A stretch of DNA of 64,000 nucleotides, taken from Escherichia phage Esco_phi_B-01. Shown here piece after piece: positions 56,190 to 64,000 of this stretch. The notes beneath the pieces are model-generated. The model made no database searches and was not told the origin of the DNA. It worked only from the letters and a program-made list of their open reading frames with translations. Numbering within the stretch: the first letter of the stretch is position 1; every line of letters starts with the position of its first letter. The stretch lies in sequence record OP292222.1. One strand, written 5' to 3'. Made by a program: the position numbers and the translations under genes.

Positions 56190-56572
56190 TGTCGTATCGA
56201 GTAGAAAATAAGCCACATTTATGTTTTGATATCGATAACACAATCACGATTTGGAACCATGACCGTGATTATGAGAACTTTAAACCGGACACCGAAATGG
56301 TGTCCATGATTAATAAGCTTTATGATGAAGGGTACGAGATTACATTGTTCACCGCGCGTGGCATGACTTCATGTGGCCCAGGTCGAATCTTGGTTGAAGT
56401 AGTTCCTGCCTTGGTTAAGAACCTTGAAAAAATTGGATTGAAATATCACAATTTGCTTACACATAAGCCGAGTTATACTTTTATCATCGATGACCGAGCA
56501 ATCCGTCCTGACCACTTTAAAGAAATGGTTCGTGAAGGAACTCTTGATGGTTATAAGGCCTATCATCCATGA
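56189..56572 (+). CDS. HAD-superfamily phosphatase-like protein (alternative start 56174)
   Basis: motif I CFDIDNTIT (DxDxT), motif II ITLFTARG, motif IV FIIDDRA. Confidence 0.55.
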   Translation: MSYRVENKPHLCFDIDNTITIWNHDRDYENFKPDTEMVSMINKLYDEGYEITLFTARGMTSCGPGRILVEVVPALVKNLEKIGLKYHNLLTHKPSYTFIIDDRAIRPDHFKEMVREGTLDGYKAYHP

Positions 56573-57105
56573 ATCCAAAAATCATTGTTATAGACGGCCC
56601 GGATAATTCCGGGAAGTCCACTTTAATTAAAAATCTGTTATCCAATAAGAAATACCGCCTTATTGATTTTCCTAAAAAGATTAATGGCAAGTGTATTTCA
56701 TTAGGAACTGATAACGATAAGGCTTTAGTTGAAACTCTGTATAAGTTTTTAGACCCTAATTTCGTTTATATCCTTGACCGTGGTTATCCAAGTAATATTG
56801 TTTACTCAGGATTCCTTCGTGGTGAAATGGACCCTTATGTAGAACTGGAAGATTGGAAAGGGTTTAAATCTGAATTTAACGTTATCGAGGTTATTTTAAC
56901 TCGCAACCCATTAGACGAAGACTTCGAAGACGACCTTATTAAATTAACCGAAGATGAGTTCAACCTAACTATCCGGCAATACGAAACATGTTTTGAAAAC
57001 GTGTTTAAAATCTTAAATCATGACGGCCATAATAATTTGCTTAATGTTGATATGGTAGAATTAAAACGTCTGAACGAATATATTGAAAATAAGGTGAATA
57101 AATGA
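56569..57105 (+). CDS. P-loop nucleotide kinase-like protein (thymidylate-kinase-like)
   Basis: IVIDGPDNSGKST P-loop at the N-terminus; 178 aa. Confidence 0.5.
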   Translation: MNPKIIVIDGPDNSGKSTLIKNLLSNKKYRLIDFPKKINGKCISLGTDNDKALVETLYKFLDPNFVYILDRGYPSNIVYSGFLRGEMDPYVELEDWKGFKSEFNVIEVILTRNPLDEDFEDDLIKLTEDEFNLTIRQYETCFENVFKILNHDGHNNLLNVDMVELKRLNEYIENKVNK

Positions 57106-57800
57106 AACACATTACCGCTGTTAGTTTTGAAAATGCATTTAAACAAATGAACGAAGAAATCCTGGAAGCTCCACAGTTTGCAGTTGATTCTCGTATCGGA
57201 CGTTGTTATGAAATTGGTTCTGCTTCGGTAGAAGTACTGGATGCAAGCACCTATAAATTCACCGACCCACGTATTAATCGTATTAGTTATGAATATGCCG
57301 AATCCTTTTGGAAATTTATGATTTCTGGTGGTACTGACGCTGCCGAAGCATTTAAGGAATACCCTAATGTTGCTAAGTTCATTGATAAGCCGAAAAGTGA
57401 CGTATTGCCTGCAAACTTCAACACTTTCTATGGACCTCGAATTGTGGCCCAACTCCCAGCCCTACTTAAAGAGCTTAAAGAAAAGGCTAACTCGCGAAGA
57501 GTTGTGTTCCAGATTCTCCAAGAACAAGACCAAGCCCTCCTTGATTCTGACGAATCCTTAGAATATCCGTGTACCGATTCGGTAACGTATTATATTCGTG
57601 ACGGACGTTTGTATGCACACACCCATATGCGTTCACAGAACTGCGCTGTTGTTATGCAGCTGGATTTCTATCTGCAGGGTAAACTGATGGCATTTATTGC
57701 TGAACAGTGTGGTGTCGGTTTAGGTACATATTCCCACACCATGGTAAGTGCACACGTGTTTGAACGCGATTTTGACTACGTCCGAGGTTTCCTGAAATGA
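57102..57800 (+). CDS. 42: dCMP hydroxymethylase gp42
   Basis: catalytic region EYPCTDSVTYYIRDGRLYAHTHMRSQNCAVV aligns with T4 gp42 DFMCTNTVQYLIRDKKINAVVNMRSNDVVFG. Confidence 0.8.
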   Translation: MKHITAVSFENAFKQMNEEILEAPQFAVDSRIGRCYEIGSASVEVLDASTYKFTDPRINRISYEYAESFWKFMISGGTDAAEAFKEYPNVAKFIDKPKSDVLPANFNTFYGPRIVAQLPALLKELKEKANSRRVVFQILQEQDQALLDSDESLEYPCTDSVTYYIRDGRLYAHTHMRSQNCAVVMQLDFYLQGKLMAFIAEQCGVGLGTYSHTMVSAHVFERDFDYVRGFLK

Positions 57801-58690
57801 GTTTGTTTATCGTTCCTATTTTCAGTATGCGTAGTTACGAAACAGGTGAATATGCCGTCCTTAAGGACGGCAATTTTCAACTCCATTTAAATCGTGCTCG
57901 TCCAGGTGATTATCTGGCTTATCCTAGAAATTCGAGCGATATCAAAGAATGCATTGAATTATTCCCGGAACTGAATTTCGTACCACTTTGGTATAAAGAA
58001 AATGCTTATGAAACCCGTAAACATTTCTGGTCTGAAAATGAGTTTGTAGTCGATTCACTAATCGAATACTACGATTGCTCAGGACTGGTAACTGATATCA
58101 CCGGTTATGATGGTGCTCACACTGTACAATTCAACTTTAATATCACAATGGACCCTGAAGTTCCTCGTTATTATATCGACGAGTTCATTGATATTGATGT
58201 GGCTTCAGTTGAACGTTCACTTTATACTACAGTCCTGAATCAATGCCAGAAAGACGTCCTGGTGTCACGAGGTGCATCCTCTGATAAGATTTTTGTAGAC
58301 CAAAAGGTAATTAATCCTGCAGTAATTGAGCGTTACTCTGAAGGTCTAGCGCCTATTAAAATTGATGGTATTTTCCATCCATTCCGTATTTCGGATAAGT
58401 GCTATCAATTCGAAAGAGTTGTAGACCAAGCTGCCGCTGAAGGTGCTCGTCTTTATATCACTGACCCGAATGATTCATTTAAGCGTGAAGACTATCGTCC
58501 TGATGTAGAGATTATTAAATTCAAACCGAGTAAGGTTGAATATTATCAAATTCTGAAATCAAGACCACATATCATTTATCATGAGAACCCAGGTTTAGTA
58601 TTCCATCCTGGTCTGGCTGAATTCATTTATTTCGGTGCCAATATTCATTCTGAATACGAAATGCCACGTTATGAGGACGTAGTATGCTAG
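57797..58690 (+). CDS. hypothetical protein at the beta-gt position (candidate DNA glycosyltransferase)
   Basis: 297 aa between gene 42 and uvsX, where T4 has beta-glucosyltransferase; no recognisable similarity to T4 beta-gt by eye. Confidence 0.4.
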   Translation: MSLFIVPIFSMRSYETGEYAVLKDGNFQLHLNRARPGDYLAYPRNSSDIKECIELFPELNFVPLWYKENAYETRKHFWSENEFVVDSLIEYYDCSGLVTDITGYDGAHTVQFNFNITMDPEVPRYYIDEFIDIDVASVERSLYTTVLNQCQKDVLVSRGASSDKIFVDQKVINPAVIERYSEGLAPIKIDGIFHPFRISDKCYQFERVVDQAAAEGARLYITDPNDSFKREDYRPDVEIIKFKPSKVEYYQILKSRPHIIYHENPGLVFHPGLAEFIYFGANIHSEYEMPRYEDVVC

Positions 58691-58892
58691 GTCCTCTATT
58701 GCTTTTTATAGGTTTGTTATTATTCTCTTTCGGAGCCTTGCTATTACTAGTGTGGCTCGAGAAACGAGAAGTTCGGAAGATAGTCGATAAGGCTATCAAC
58801 CGAGGAATTAAGTAATGCTGTAGCTGTGAAGTGATATAATTACCCTATCTTAAAACGTGAGAAAAATATAATGATGCCTATGGAAAAATATA

Positions 58893-60065
58893 ATGTCTGA
58901 TTTAAAATCCCGTTTGATTAAAGCTTCTACTTCTAAAATGACTGCCGACCTGACCAAATCTAAATTGTTTAATGGTCGTGACGAAGTTCCTACTCGTATT
59001 CCTATGCTTAATATTGCATTGGGTGGTGCGTTGAATGCAGGCTTACAATCAGGTTTGACAATCTTTGCTGCACCGTCTAAACACTTTAAAACGTTGTTTG
59101 GATTAACTATGGTTGCGGCATATATGAAGAAATATCCAGACGCAATTTGCTTGTTCTATGACTCTGAATTCGGTGCTTCAGAATCTTATTTCCGTTCAAT
59201 GGGTGTTGACCTGGAACGTGTGGTTCATACGCCAATCCAGTCAGTCGAACAACTGAAGGTTGACATGACCAACCAATTAGAAGAAATTACTCGTGGCGAA
59301 AAGGTTATTATCTTTATCGACTCCATCGGTAACACTGCTTCTAAGAAAGAAACCGAAGATGCTTTGAACGAGAAAGTTGTAGGTGATATGACTCGTGCTA
59401 AGTCTCTGAAATCTCTGTTCCGTATCGTAACACCTTATCTGACTATCAAGGATATTCCTTGCGTAGCAATTAACCATACGGCTATGGAAATTGGTGGAAT
59501 GTATCCTAAAGAGATTATGGGTGGCGGTACTGGTATTCTGTACTCTGCTTCTACCGTATTCTTTATCTCTAAACGTCAGGTTAAAGATGGTACCGAGCTC
59601 ACTGGTTATGACTTCACCCTGAAGGCCGAAAAATCTCGTACTGTTAAAGAGAAATCAACGTTCCCAATTACTGTGAACTTTGAAGGTGGTATCGACCCAT
59701 TTAGTGGTCTGCTCGAAATGGCTACTGATATTGGCTTTGTTGTGAAACCTAAAGCTGGTTGGTATAATCGTGCATTCCTTGACGAAACCACGGGTGAAAT
59801 GGTTCAAGAAGAAAAATCATGGCGTGCTAAAGCTACCGATTGTGTCGAGTTCTGGGGACCGCTGTTTAAACATGCTCCATTCCGTGAAGCAATCGAGAAT
59901 AAGTATAAGCTCGGTGCAATTAATTCTATTAAAGAAGTCGATGATGCGGTGAACGACCTTATTAACTCTCGTGTCTCTAAGAACGTTGCAGTTAAATTGA
60001 GTGGCGACACTCAAAGCGCAGCTGATATCGAAAACGATTTAGAAGAGATGGATTTAGATGACTGA
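58893..60065 (+). CDS. uvsX: recombinase UvsX (RecA-like)
   Basis: 390 aa; MSDLKSRLIKASTSK..., Walker A, EKSWRAKATDCVEFWGPLFKH closely match T4 UvsX. Confidence 0.9.
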   Translation: MSDLKSRLIKASTSKMTADLTKSKLFNGRDEVPTRIPMLNIALGGALNAGLQSGLTIFAAPSKHFKTLFGLTMVAAYMKKYPDAICLFYDSEFGASESYFRSMGVDLERVVHTPIQSVEQLKVDMTNQLEEITRGEKVIIFIDSIGNTASKKETEDALNEKVVGDMTRAKSLKSLFRIVTPYLTIKDIPCVAINHTAMEIGGMYPKEIMGGGTGILYSASTVFFISKRQVKDGTELTGYDFTLKAEKSRTVKEKSTFPITVNFEGGIDPFSGLLEMATDIGFVVKPKAGWYNRAFLDETTGEMVQEEKSWRAKATDCVEFWGPLFKHAPFREAIENKYKLGAINSIKEVDDAVNDLINSRVSKNVAVKLSGDTQSAADIENDLEEMDLDD

Positions 60066-60387
60066 TTTATCTGATTTAGATAATTTTGTTAAAGATACTG
60101 AAGAGGGTCCTAGTGACCCTCGTTATTATGAGAAATCGTTAGATATAATCCGTAAGTCAATGGGTTCTGTTAAGCAGGAAATTATGCTTACATTACCTGA
60201 TGGCACTGCTCACATCGTTTATGTGATGAATATTGTTATTGAGAAAGATGGAAAAGTGTCGGTTGATTTCGGAACGCCTTCCGAAGACCGAAAAGAAGAG
60301 CTAGCGCTTCATGTAGAAAAATGTGTTACAATGCAAATACAAGAAGAACTGGATAAAATTAAATCTAAGAGGTGGTGGAAGTGGTAG
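60058..60387 (+). CDS. 40: gp40-like protein (head vertex assembly chaperone position)
   Basis: 109 aa between uvsX and gene 41; by synteny. Confidence 0.5.
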   Translation: MTDLSDLDNFVKDTEEGPSDPRYYEKSLDIIRKSMGSVKQEIMLTLPDGTAHIVYVMNIVIEKDGKVSVDFGTPSEDRKEELALHVEKCVTMQIQEELDKIKSKRWWKW

Positions 60388-61811
60388 AAACTATTTTGGC
60401 TCAACTGCTAGGCAATAGTGATTATTTCACTAAGGTCTGGCCTTATATGAATGATTCTTATTTTGACCAGGGTCCGGCAAAGACCCTTTTCAAAGAAATC
60501 AAAAAACATGTCAATGAATATAATGCGGTGCCTTCTAAAAATGCTTTGAGTATTGCATTAGATAACAGCACCCTTTCAGAAGTTGAACATCAAGGAGCTA
60601 AAGAGCTTTTAAATTCTCTGAATGCAGGCCCTGAAGACCAAGAATGGTTGGTTAAAGAGACAGAGAAATATGTTCAGAAGGCAGCGATGTATAATGCCAC
60701 TTCAAAAATTATTGAAATTCAAACTAATGCCGACCTTCCGGTTGAGCAACAAAATAGAAAACTCCCAGGTATTGGTGCTATTCCAGATATCATGCGTGAT
60801 GCATTATCGATTTGTTTCGATTCTGAATTAGGCCATGACTGGATGGATGACTATGAAGAACGTTTTAAAAGTTATTCTGATAAAGCACGTAAGGTTCCAT
60901 TCCGTCTTAATATTCTGAATAAGATTACTAAGGGTGGCGCTGAGTTTGGTACTGAAAACGTATTGTTAGCAGGAACAAACGTAGGTAAGTCTCTGGGTCT
61001 GTGTTCATTGGCTGCTGATTACCTTCAATCCGGTTACGATGTTCTTTATATCTCCATGGAGATGGCAGAGGAAGTATGTGCTAAGCGTATCGATGCTAAC
61101 CTTCTAGATGTATCACTGGATGATATTGATGATGGTCACGTCTCATGGCCTGAATATAAAGCCAAGATGGATAAGTGGCGTTCAACTGCTACTTTAGGTC
61201 GTTTAAAGATTAAACAGTATCCTACTGGTGGTGCTAATGCCGATACATTCCGTGCATTATTAAACGAATACAAGCTCAAACAAAACTTTGTCCCACAGGT
61301 CGTTATCGTCGACTACTTGGCCATCTGTGCTTCATCCCGTACGAAAGTTTTCTCTGAAAACAGTTATGGATTGATTAAGATGGTTGCCGAAGAACTACGT
61401 GGACTTGCAGTAGAGAAGAAATTATTGTTGTGGACTGCAGCCCAGACTACTCGTGGCGCGAACGTTGCAGCCGAAATCGATATGGCTGATATCGCTGAAT
61501 CCTTTGGTATTGCACATACTGCAGACTTCATGTTAGGTGTGGTCGAGACAGAAGAGTTTGCTCAGATGGGTATGCAGATGGTTAAGCAGCTTAAATCCCG
61601 TTATGGTGATAAGAGCTACTACAACAAATTTAAGATTGGTGTTAAGAAAGGAAACCAGCGTTGGTATGAAGTTGAAGACGATTCTAACCCAGGCCCAGTG
61701 AACACCGTTCGTGAGGCTACAGGTGAAATGAATCGCCAAGCAGAGGTCAATCGTCAGTCGCGTGTTAATAGAAGCGATTTAGACGATTTAGCAGCATCTA
61801 TCAAATTTTAA
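60372..61811 (+). CDS. 41: replicative DNA helicase gp41 (DnaB-like), GTG start
   Basis: VEVVETILAQL... parallels T4 MVEIILSHL; Walker A LLAGTNVGKS; ISMEMAEEVCAKRIDAN; 479 aa. Confidence 0.9.
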   Translation: MVEVVETILAQLLGNSDYFTKVWPYMNDSYFDQGPAKTLFKEIKKHVNEYNAVPSKNALSIALDNSTLSEVEHQGAKELLNSLNAGPEDQEWLVKETEKYVQKAAMYNATSKIIEIQTNADLPVEQQNRKLPGIGAIPDIMRDALSICFDSELGHDWMDDYEERFKSYSDKARKVPFRLNILNKITKGGAEFGTENVLLAGTNVGKSLGLCSLAADYLQSGYDVLYISMEMAEEVCAKRIDANLLDVSLDDIDDGHVSWPEYKAKMDKWRSTATLGRLKIKQYPTGGANADTFRALLNEYKLKQNFVPQVVIVDYLAICASSRTKVFSENSYGLIKMVAEELRGLAVEKKLLLWTAAQTTRGANVAAEIDMADIAESFGIAHTADFMLGVVETEEFAQMGMQMVKQLKSRYGDKSYYNKFKIGVKKGNQRWYEVEDDSNPGPVNTVREATGEMNRQAEVNRQSRVNRSDLDDLAASIKF

Positions 61812-61832
61812 GGAGCTTCGGCTCCTTTTTTG
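61811..61832 (+). terminator. rho-independent terminator
   Basis: GGAGC-TTCG-GCTCC plus TTTTTT. Confidence 0.7.
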
Positions 61833-61840
61833 TTTTAAGG

Positions 61841-61890
61841 GTTTACTTCTCCTGTAGGCATGATACTATAGACCTGTCAACTAATGGAGA
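61841..61890 (+). promoter_or_regulatory. PeSL early promoter cassette
   Basis: GTTTAC 61841-61846, TACTAT 61864-61869, CTCCTGTAGG...CTAATGGAG. Confidence 0.65.
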
Positions 61891-61895
61891 ACAAA

Positions 61896-62213
61896 ATGAA
61901 AACCATCGACTGTAAAGCGGAATATAAAGTGTATTACCATGGAAGTTGTAGTGTTGCTAATATTGGTAATATGCTTTGTCCTCCTGAGGAAACAGGAGTT
62001 CTGTCTGAAACTGGTCGTAAGAAAAACCTGAACCGTGTGTTCTTTACTGAAGATATTGGTTTGGCTAAGATTTATGCTGGCCGAGCTGCTCGTTCGGTGG
62101 GAGGAGAACCTCGTCTTTATCGTGTAATTGCTCCGGTAGATGTGGTTTGTTTAAATGATACCAAAGGCGCTACGGTTTATCACGCTGAATGGGCCTTCTG
62201 TGAGGAAATCTAA
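61896..62213 (+). CDS. hypothetical protein (alternative start 61884)
   Basis: ATG after GGAG of the PeSL 3' arm. Confidence 0.5.
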   Translation: MKTIDCKAEYKVYYHGSCSVANIGNMLCPPEETGVLSETGRKKNLNRVFFTEDIGLAKIYAGRAARSVGGEPRLYRVIAPVDVVCLNDTKGATVYHAEWAFCEEI

Positions 62214-62417
62214 ATGTTTAAATTAGAAATCGTAGTGTTTATTGGTTGGTTTGAAAATGGTAATATGTTTACCAAAGAAACTGCGCTGGATGTTAGTGAC
62301 CAAAAAATGATTGAATGGGTTACAGTGCAGTATGCAGAAGTGAATAATGCACTGGTGAAAGCCTTTGTTAATGACAATAAAGTTTTTGAATATGATGCCC
62401 GCATTGAGGAAATCTAA
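62214..62417 (+). CDS. hypothetical protein
   Basis: 67 aa; N-terminal hydrophobic segment. Confidence 0.45.
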   Translation: MFKLEIVVFIGWFENGNMFTKETALDVSDQKMIEWVTVQYAEVNNALVKAFVNDNKVFEYDARIEEI

Positions 62418-62558
62418 ATGGAAGAGGTTGAATGTGTAGTATGTGGTTGTTCGGTATGTGAAGACCAGGCGGTATTTGATGCTTGGGACAACGCAACTTG
62501 TTTAGACTGCGATAGCGAATACGAAGAAATTGCTCATAAACATGAAGACGAGGAATAA
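62418..62558 (+). CDS. small Cys-rich acidic protein (possible zinc ribbon)
   Basis: 46 aa ORF below the track cutoff; CVVCGCSVC...CLDC. Confidence 0.35.
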   Translation: MEEVECVVCGCSVCEDQAVFDAWDNATCLDCDSEYEEIAHKHEDEE

Positions 62559-62798
62559 ATGAATATTGTATTAATGAAGCCGACCTCTAGCTCTTTTTGG
62601 AATAAATCTTTTGGTAAGCATAATATGTTTATCCAACGCACCGTAAGCAGCTGGGAACTAGTTCTTTCAGTCGGTCACAACGATTATGAACAAGAATACG
62701 TAGAGTTCTTCGAATTTCCTGTGAAGCCTACTAAGCGTCAGATTCGTCAGACCAAACATAAATTCCGTAAAATTTATTTGGAAGATTCATTAAAATAA
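62559..62798 (+). CDS. hypothetical protein
   Basis: 79 aa. Confidence 0.45.
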   Translation: MNIVLMKPTSSSFWNKSFGKHNMFIQRTVSSWELVLSVGHNDYEQEYVEFFEFPVKPTKRQIRQTKHKFRKIYLEDSLK

Positions 62799-62799
62799 A

Positions 62800-62850
62800 G
62801 TTTACAACGGTCTATGGTAGTGATACTATAGACCTATCAACTAATGAGGA
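62800..62850 (+). promoter_or_regulatory. PeSL early promoter cassette
   Basis: GTTTAC 62800-62805, TACTAT 62824-62829; inverted repeat GGTCTATGG/CTATAGACC; CTATCAACTAATGAGGAG. Confidence 0.65.
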
Positions 62851-62857
62851 GTTAAAA

Positions 62858-63151
62858 ATGAAAAAGTTATTAATCGCAGCAATCCTTACAGTAGCATCAT
62901 GTGGTACAGCTCCAGTTACGGCTGGATTGGATAAAGACCTTTGTGAATGGTCTATGACCGCAGACCAAGAATCAGTTGAACATCAGATTTACGCTGATAT
63001 CATGAATATCACTAAACGTGACCGTCCTGATATGGTTAAAGAAGTATCTGACCAATTGGCTTCTAGCGGTGTTATGCAGTATAACTATGTTCTGTACTGT
63101 GATGCTAATTTCGATAACAAAAATATTGTTAAAGAGGTGATAGGTGAATAA
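62858..63151 (+). CDS. lipoprotein (hypothetical)
   Basis: signal peptide with lipobox LTVASCG; 97 aa. Confidence 0.5.
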   Translation: MKKLLIAAILTVASCGTAPVTAGLDKDLCEWSMTADQESVEHQIYADIMNITKRDRPDMVKEVSDQLASSGVMQYNYVLYCDANFDNKNIVKEVIGE

Positions 63152-63584
63152 GATTAACAGAAATTTGGTTATCAAAAAGCTCCGTTGCAAAAATCCAAAT
63201 GCACAAGCATACAGGATGTTTTGGAGCGACGACCACCAGTACCTGGGTTATTTTCTTGTTGATAGTGATGATAGAATTACAATGGCCCATAAACTTCTTA
63301 ACAGAGAATTAAACCATTGGCAAGAACTTATTGCGGTAAGGTCTAAATTATTTTCATGTAATGCAATGCATCAATTGGTTTATTTTTTCGCTGAAGGTAT
63401 TCCTGACAAGGTTGAGTTTGATGGATTCGAATTTAAAGATATCCACCCGGACAACGAATTGAACGACCGCGTTAATATGGATATCCCTAGCAAGTATATC
63501 AAAAACAGTCTGTTGAAAATTCTGGAAGCTCCGGTTTATTCAATTGACGACCAGATTTTTAATGCCTTTATGAACCGAGGTTAA
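63144..63584 (+). CDS. hypothetical protein
   Basis: 146 aa. Confidence 0.5.
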   Translation: MNKINRNLVIKKLRCKNPNAQAYRMFWSDDHQYLGYFLVDSDDRITMAHKLLNRELNHWQELIAVRSKLFSCNAMHQLVYFFAEGIPDKVEFDGFEFKDIHPDNELNDRVNMDIPSKYIKNSLLKILEAPVYSIDDQIFNAFMNRG

Positions 63585-63585
63585 T

Positions 63586-63777
63586 ATGACTGCAATGTGT
63601 ACGGGCTCTAAGATTTCTGTATTCGAACTGTTCGAAGAATATGAAATCGTATCAAAAGACCAAGAAGCTATCCATATTATTGCCGGTGATGGCGTAACTT
63701 GGATTATCCCACTTTACCACGAAGATACATATGAAGTCACTGATGCAAATGGTGATAAAGCTATTTTCGTAATATAA
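63586..63777 (+). CDS. hypothetical protein
   Basis: 63 aa. Confidence 0.45.
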   Translation: MTAMCTGSKISVFELFEEYEIVSKDQEAIHIIAGDGVTWIIPLYHEDTYEVTDANGDKAIFVI

Positions 63778-63793
63778 ATAAGGCCAGGAGCCT

Positions 63794-63955
63794 ATGAAAT
63801 CTTTTAAAGAAGTTATGAACGAAGATATGGTCGCAGGCGATGCTGGTGGAAATCCATCTAATATTGCCTCCGGAACTACCTCAGGCGCAGTCGTCAACAA
63901 AGGGCCTGAACAAATCCCATCTAAAAAGCGTAAAGAAAAATCCGAAAACGAATGA
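63794..63955 (+). CDS. hypothetical small protein
   Basis: 53 aa ORF below the track cutoff; RBS AGGAG upstream. Confidence 0.35.
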   Translation: MKSFKEVMNEDMVAGDAGGNPSNIASGTTSGAVVNKGPEQIPSKKRKEKSENE

Positions 63956-64000
63956 TATAATGGCTCTATTAATTTAGAGCCCAAGGAAAAATAATGTCAT

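Noticed and set aside
58816-58850. Possible MotA-type middle promoter upstream of uvsX (TGCT ... TATAAT)
   Set aside because: Spacing between the TGCT element and the -10 is about 6 nt longer than the T4 middle-promoter consensus I remember; not supportable without mapping.

Overview
This window is a T4-like myovirus (Tevenvirinae) genome segment, read in reverse orientation relative to the usual T4 map. All homology statements are from memory of T4/RB69 proteins, not from database searches. Left end (minus strand): baseplate genes 53-5-5.1-5.4-6 and the N-terminal part of 7. Plus strand from 6.4 kb: genes 4, 2, 3, 1, 57A, 57B; an array of internal-protein-like genes; three tRNAs plus a possible stable RNA; a long hyperplastic region of small ORFs punctuated by 17 promoter-early stem-loop (PeSL) cassettes; nudE, e (lysozyme), denV, tk, rI, nrdC, 49, 55; a GIY-YIG homing endonuclease; then the replication/recombination core 47, 46, 45, 44, 62, regA, 43, imm, 42, uvsX, 40, 41. 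DenV, gp55, NrdC, endo VII and RegA look nearly T4-identical; the DNA polymerase N-terminus looks RB69-type. The most interesting locus is a non-T4 enzyme block around gene 42 (nucleotidyltransferase/kinase fusion, HAD phosphatase, P-loop kinase, and an unrelated protein where T4 carries beta-gt), which I interpret as a candidate DNA hypermodification donor pathway. Other candidates: a nucleotidyltransferase + AAA ATPase pair, a macrodomain protein, a TraR/DksA-like zinc finger, multiple capsid-targeted internal proteins, and a duplicated terminator/late-promoter cassette. No CRISPR array, integrase or group I intron was seen.
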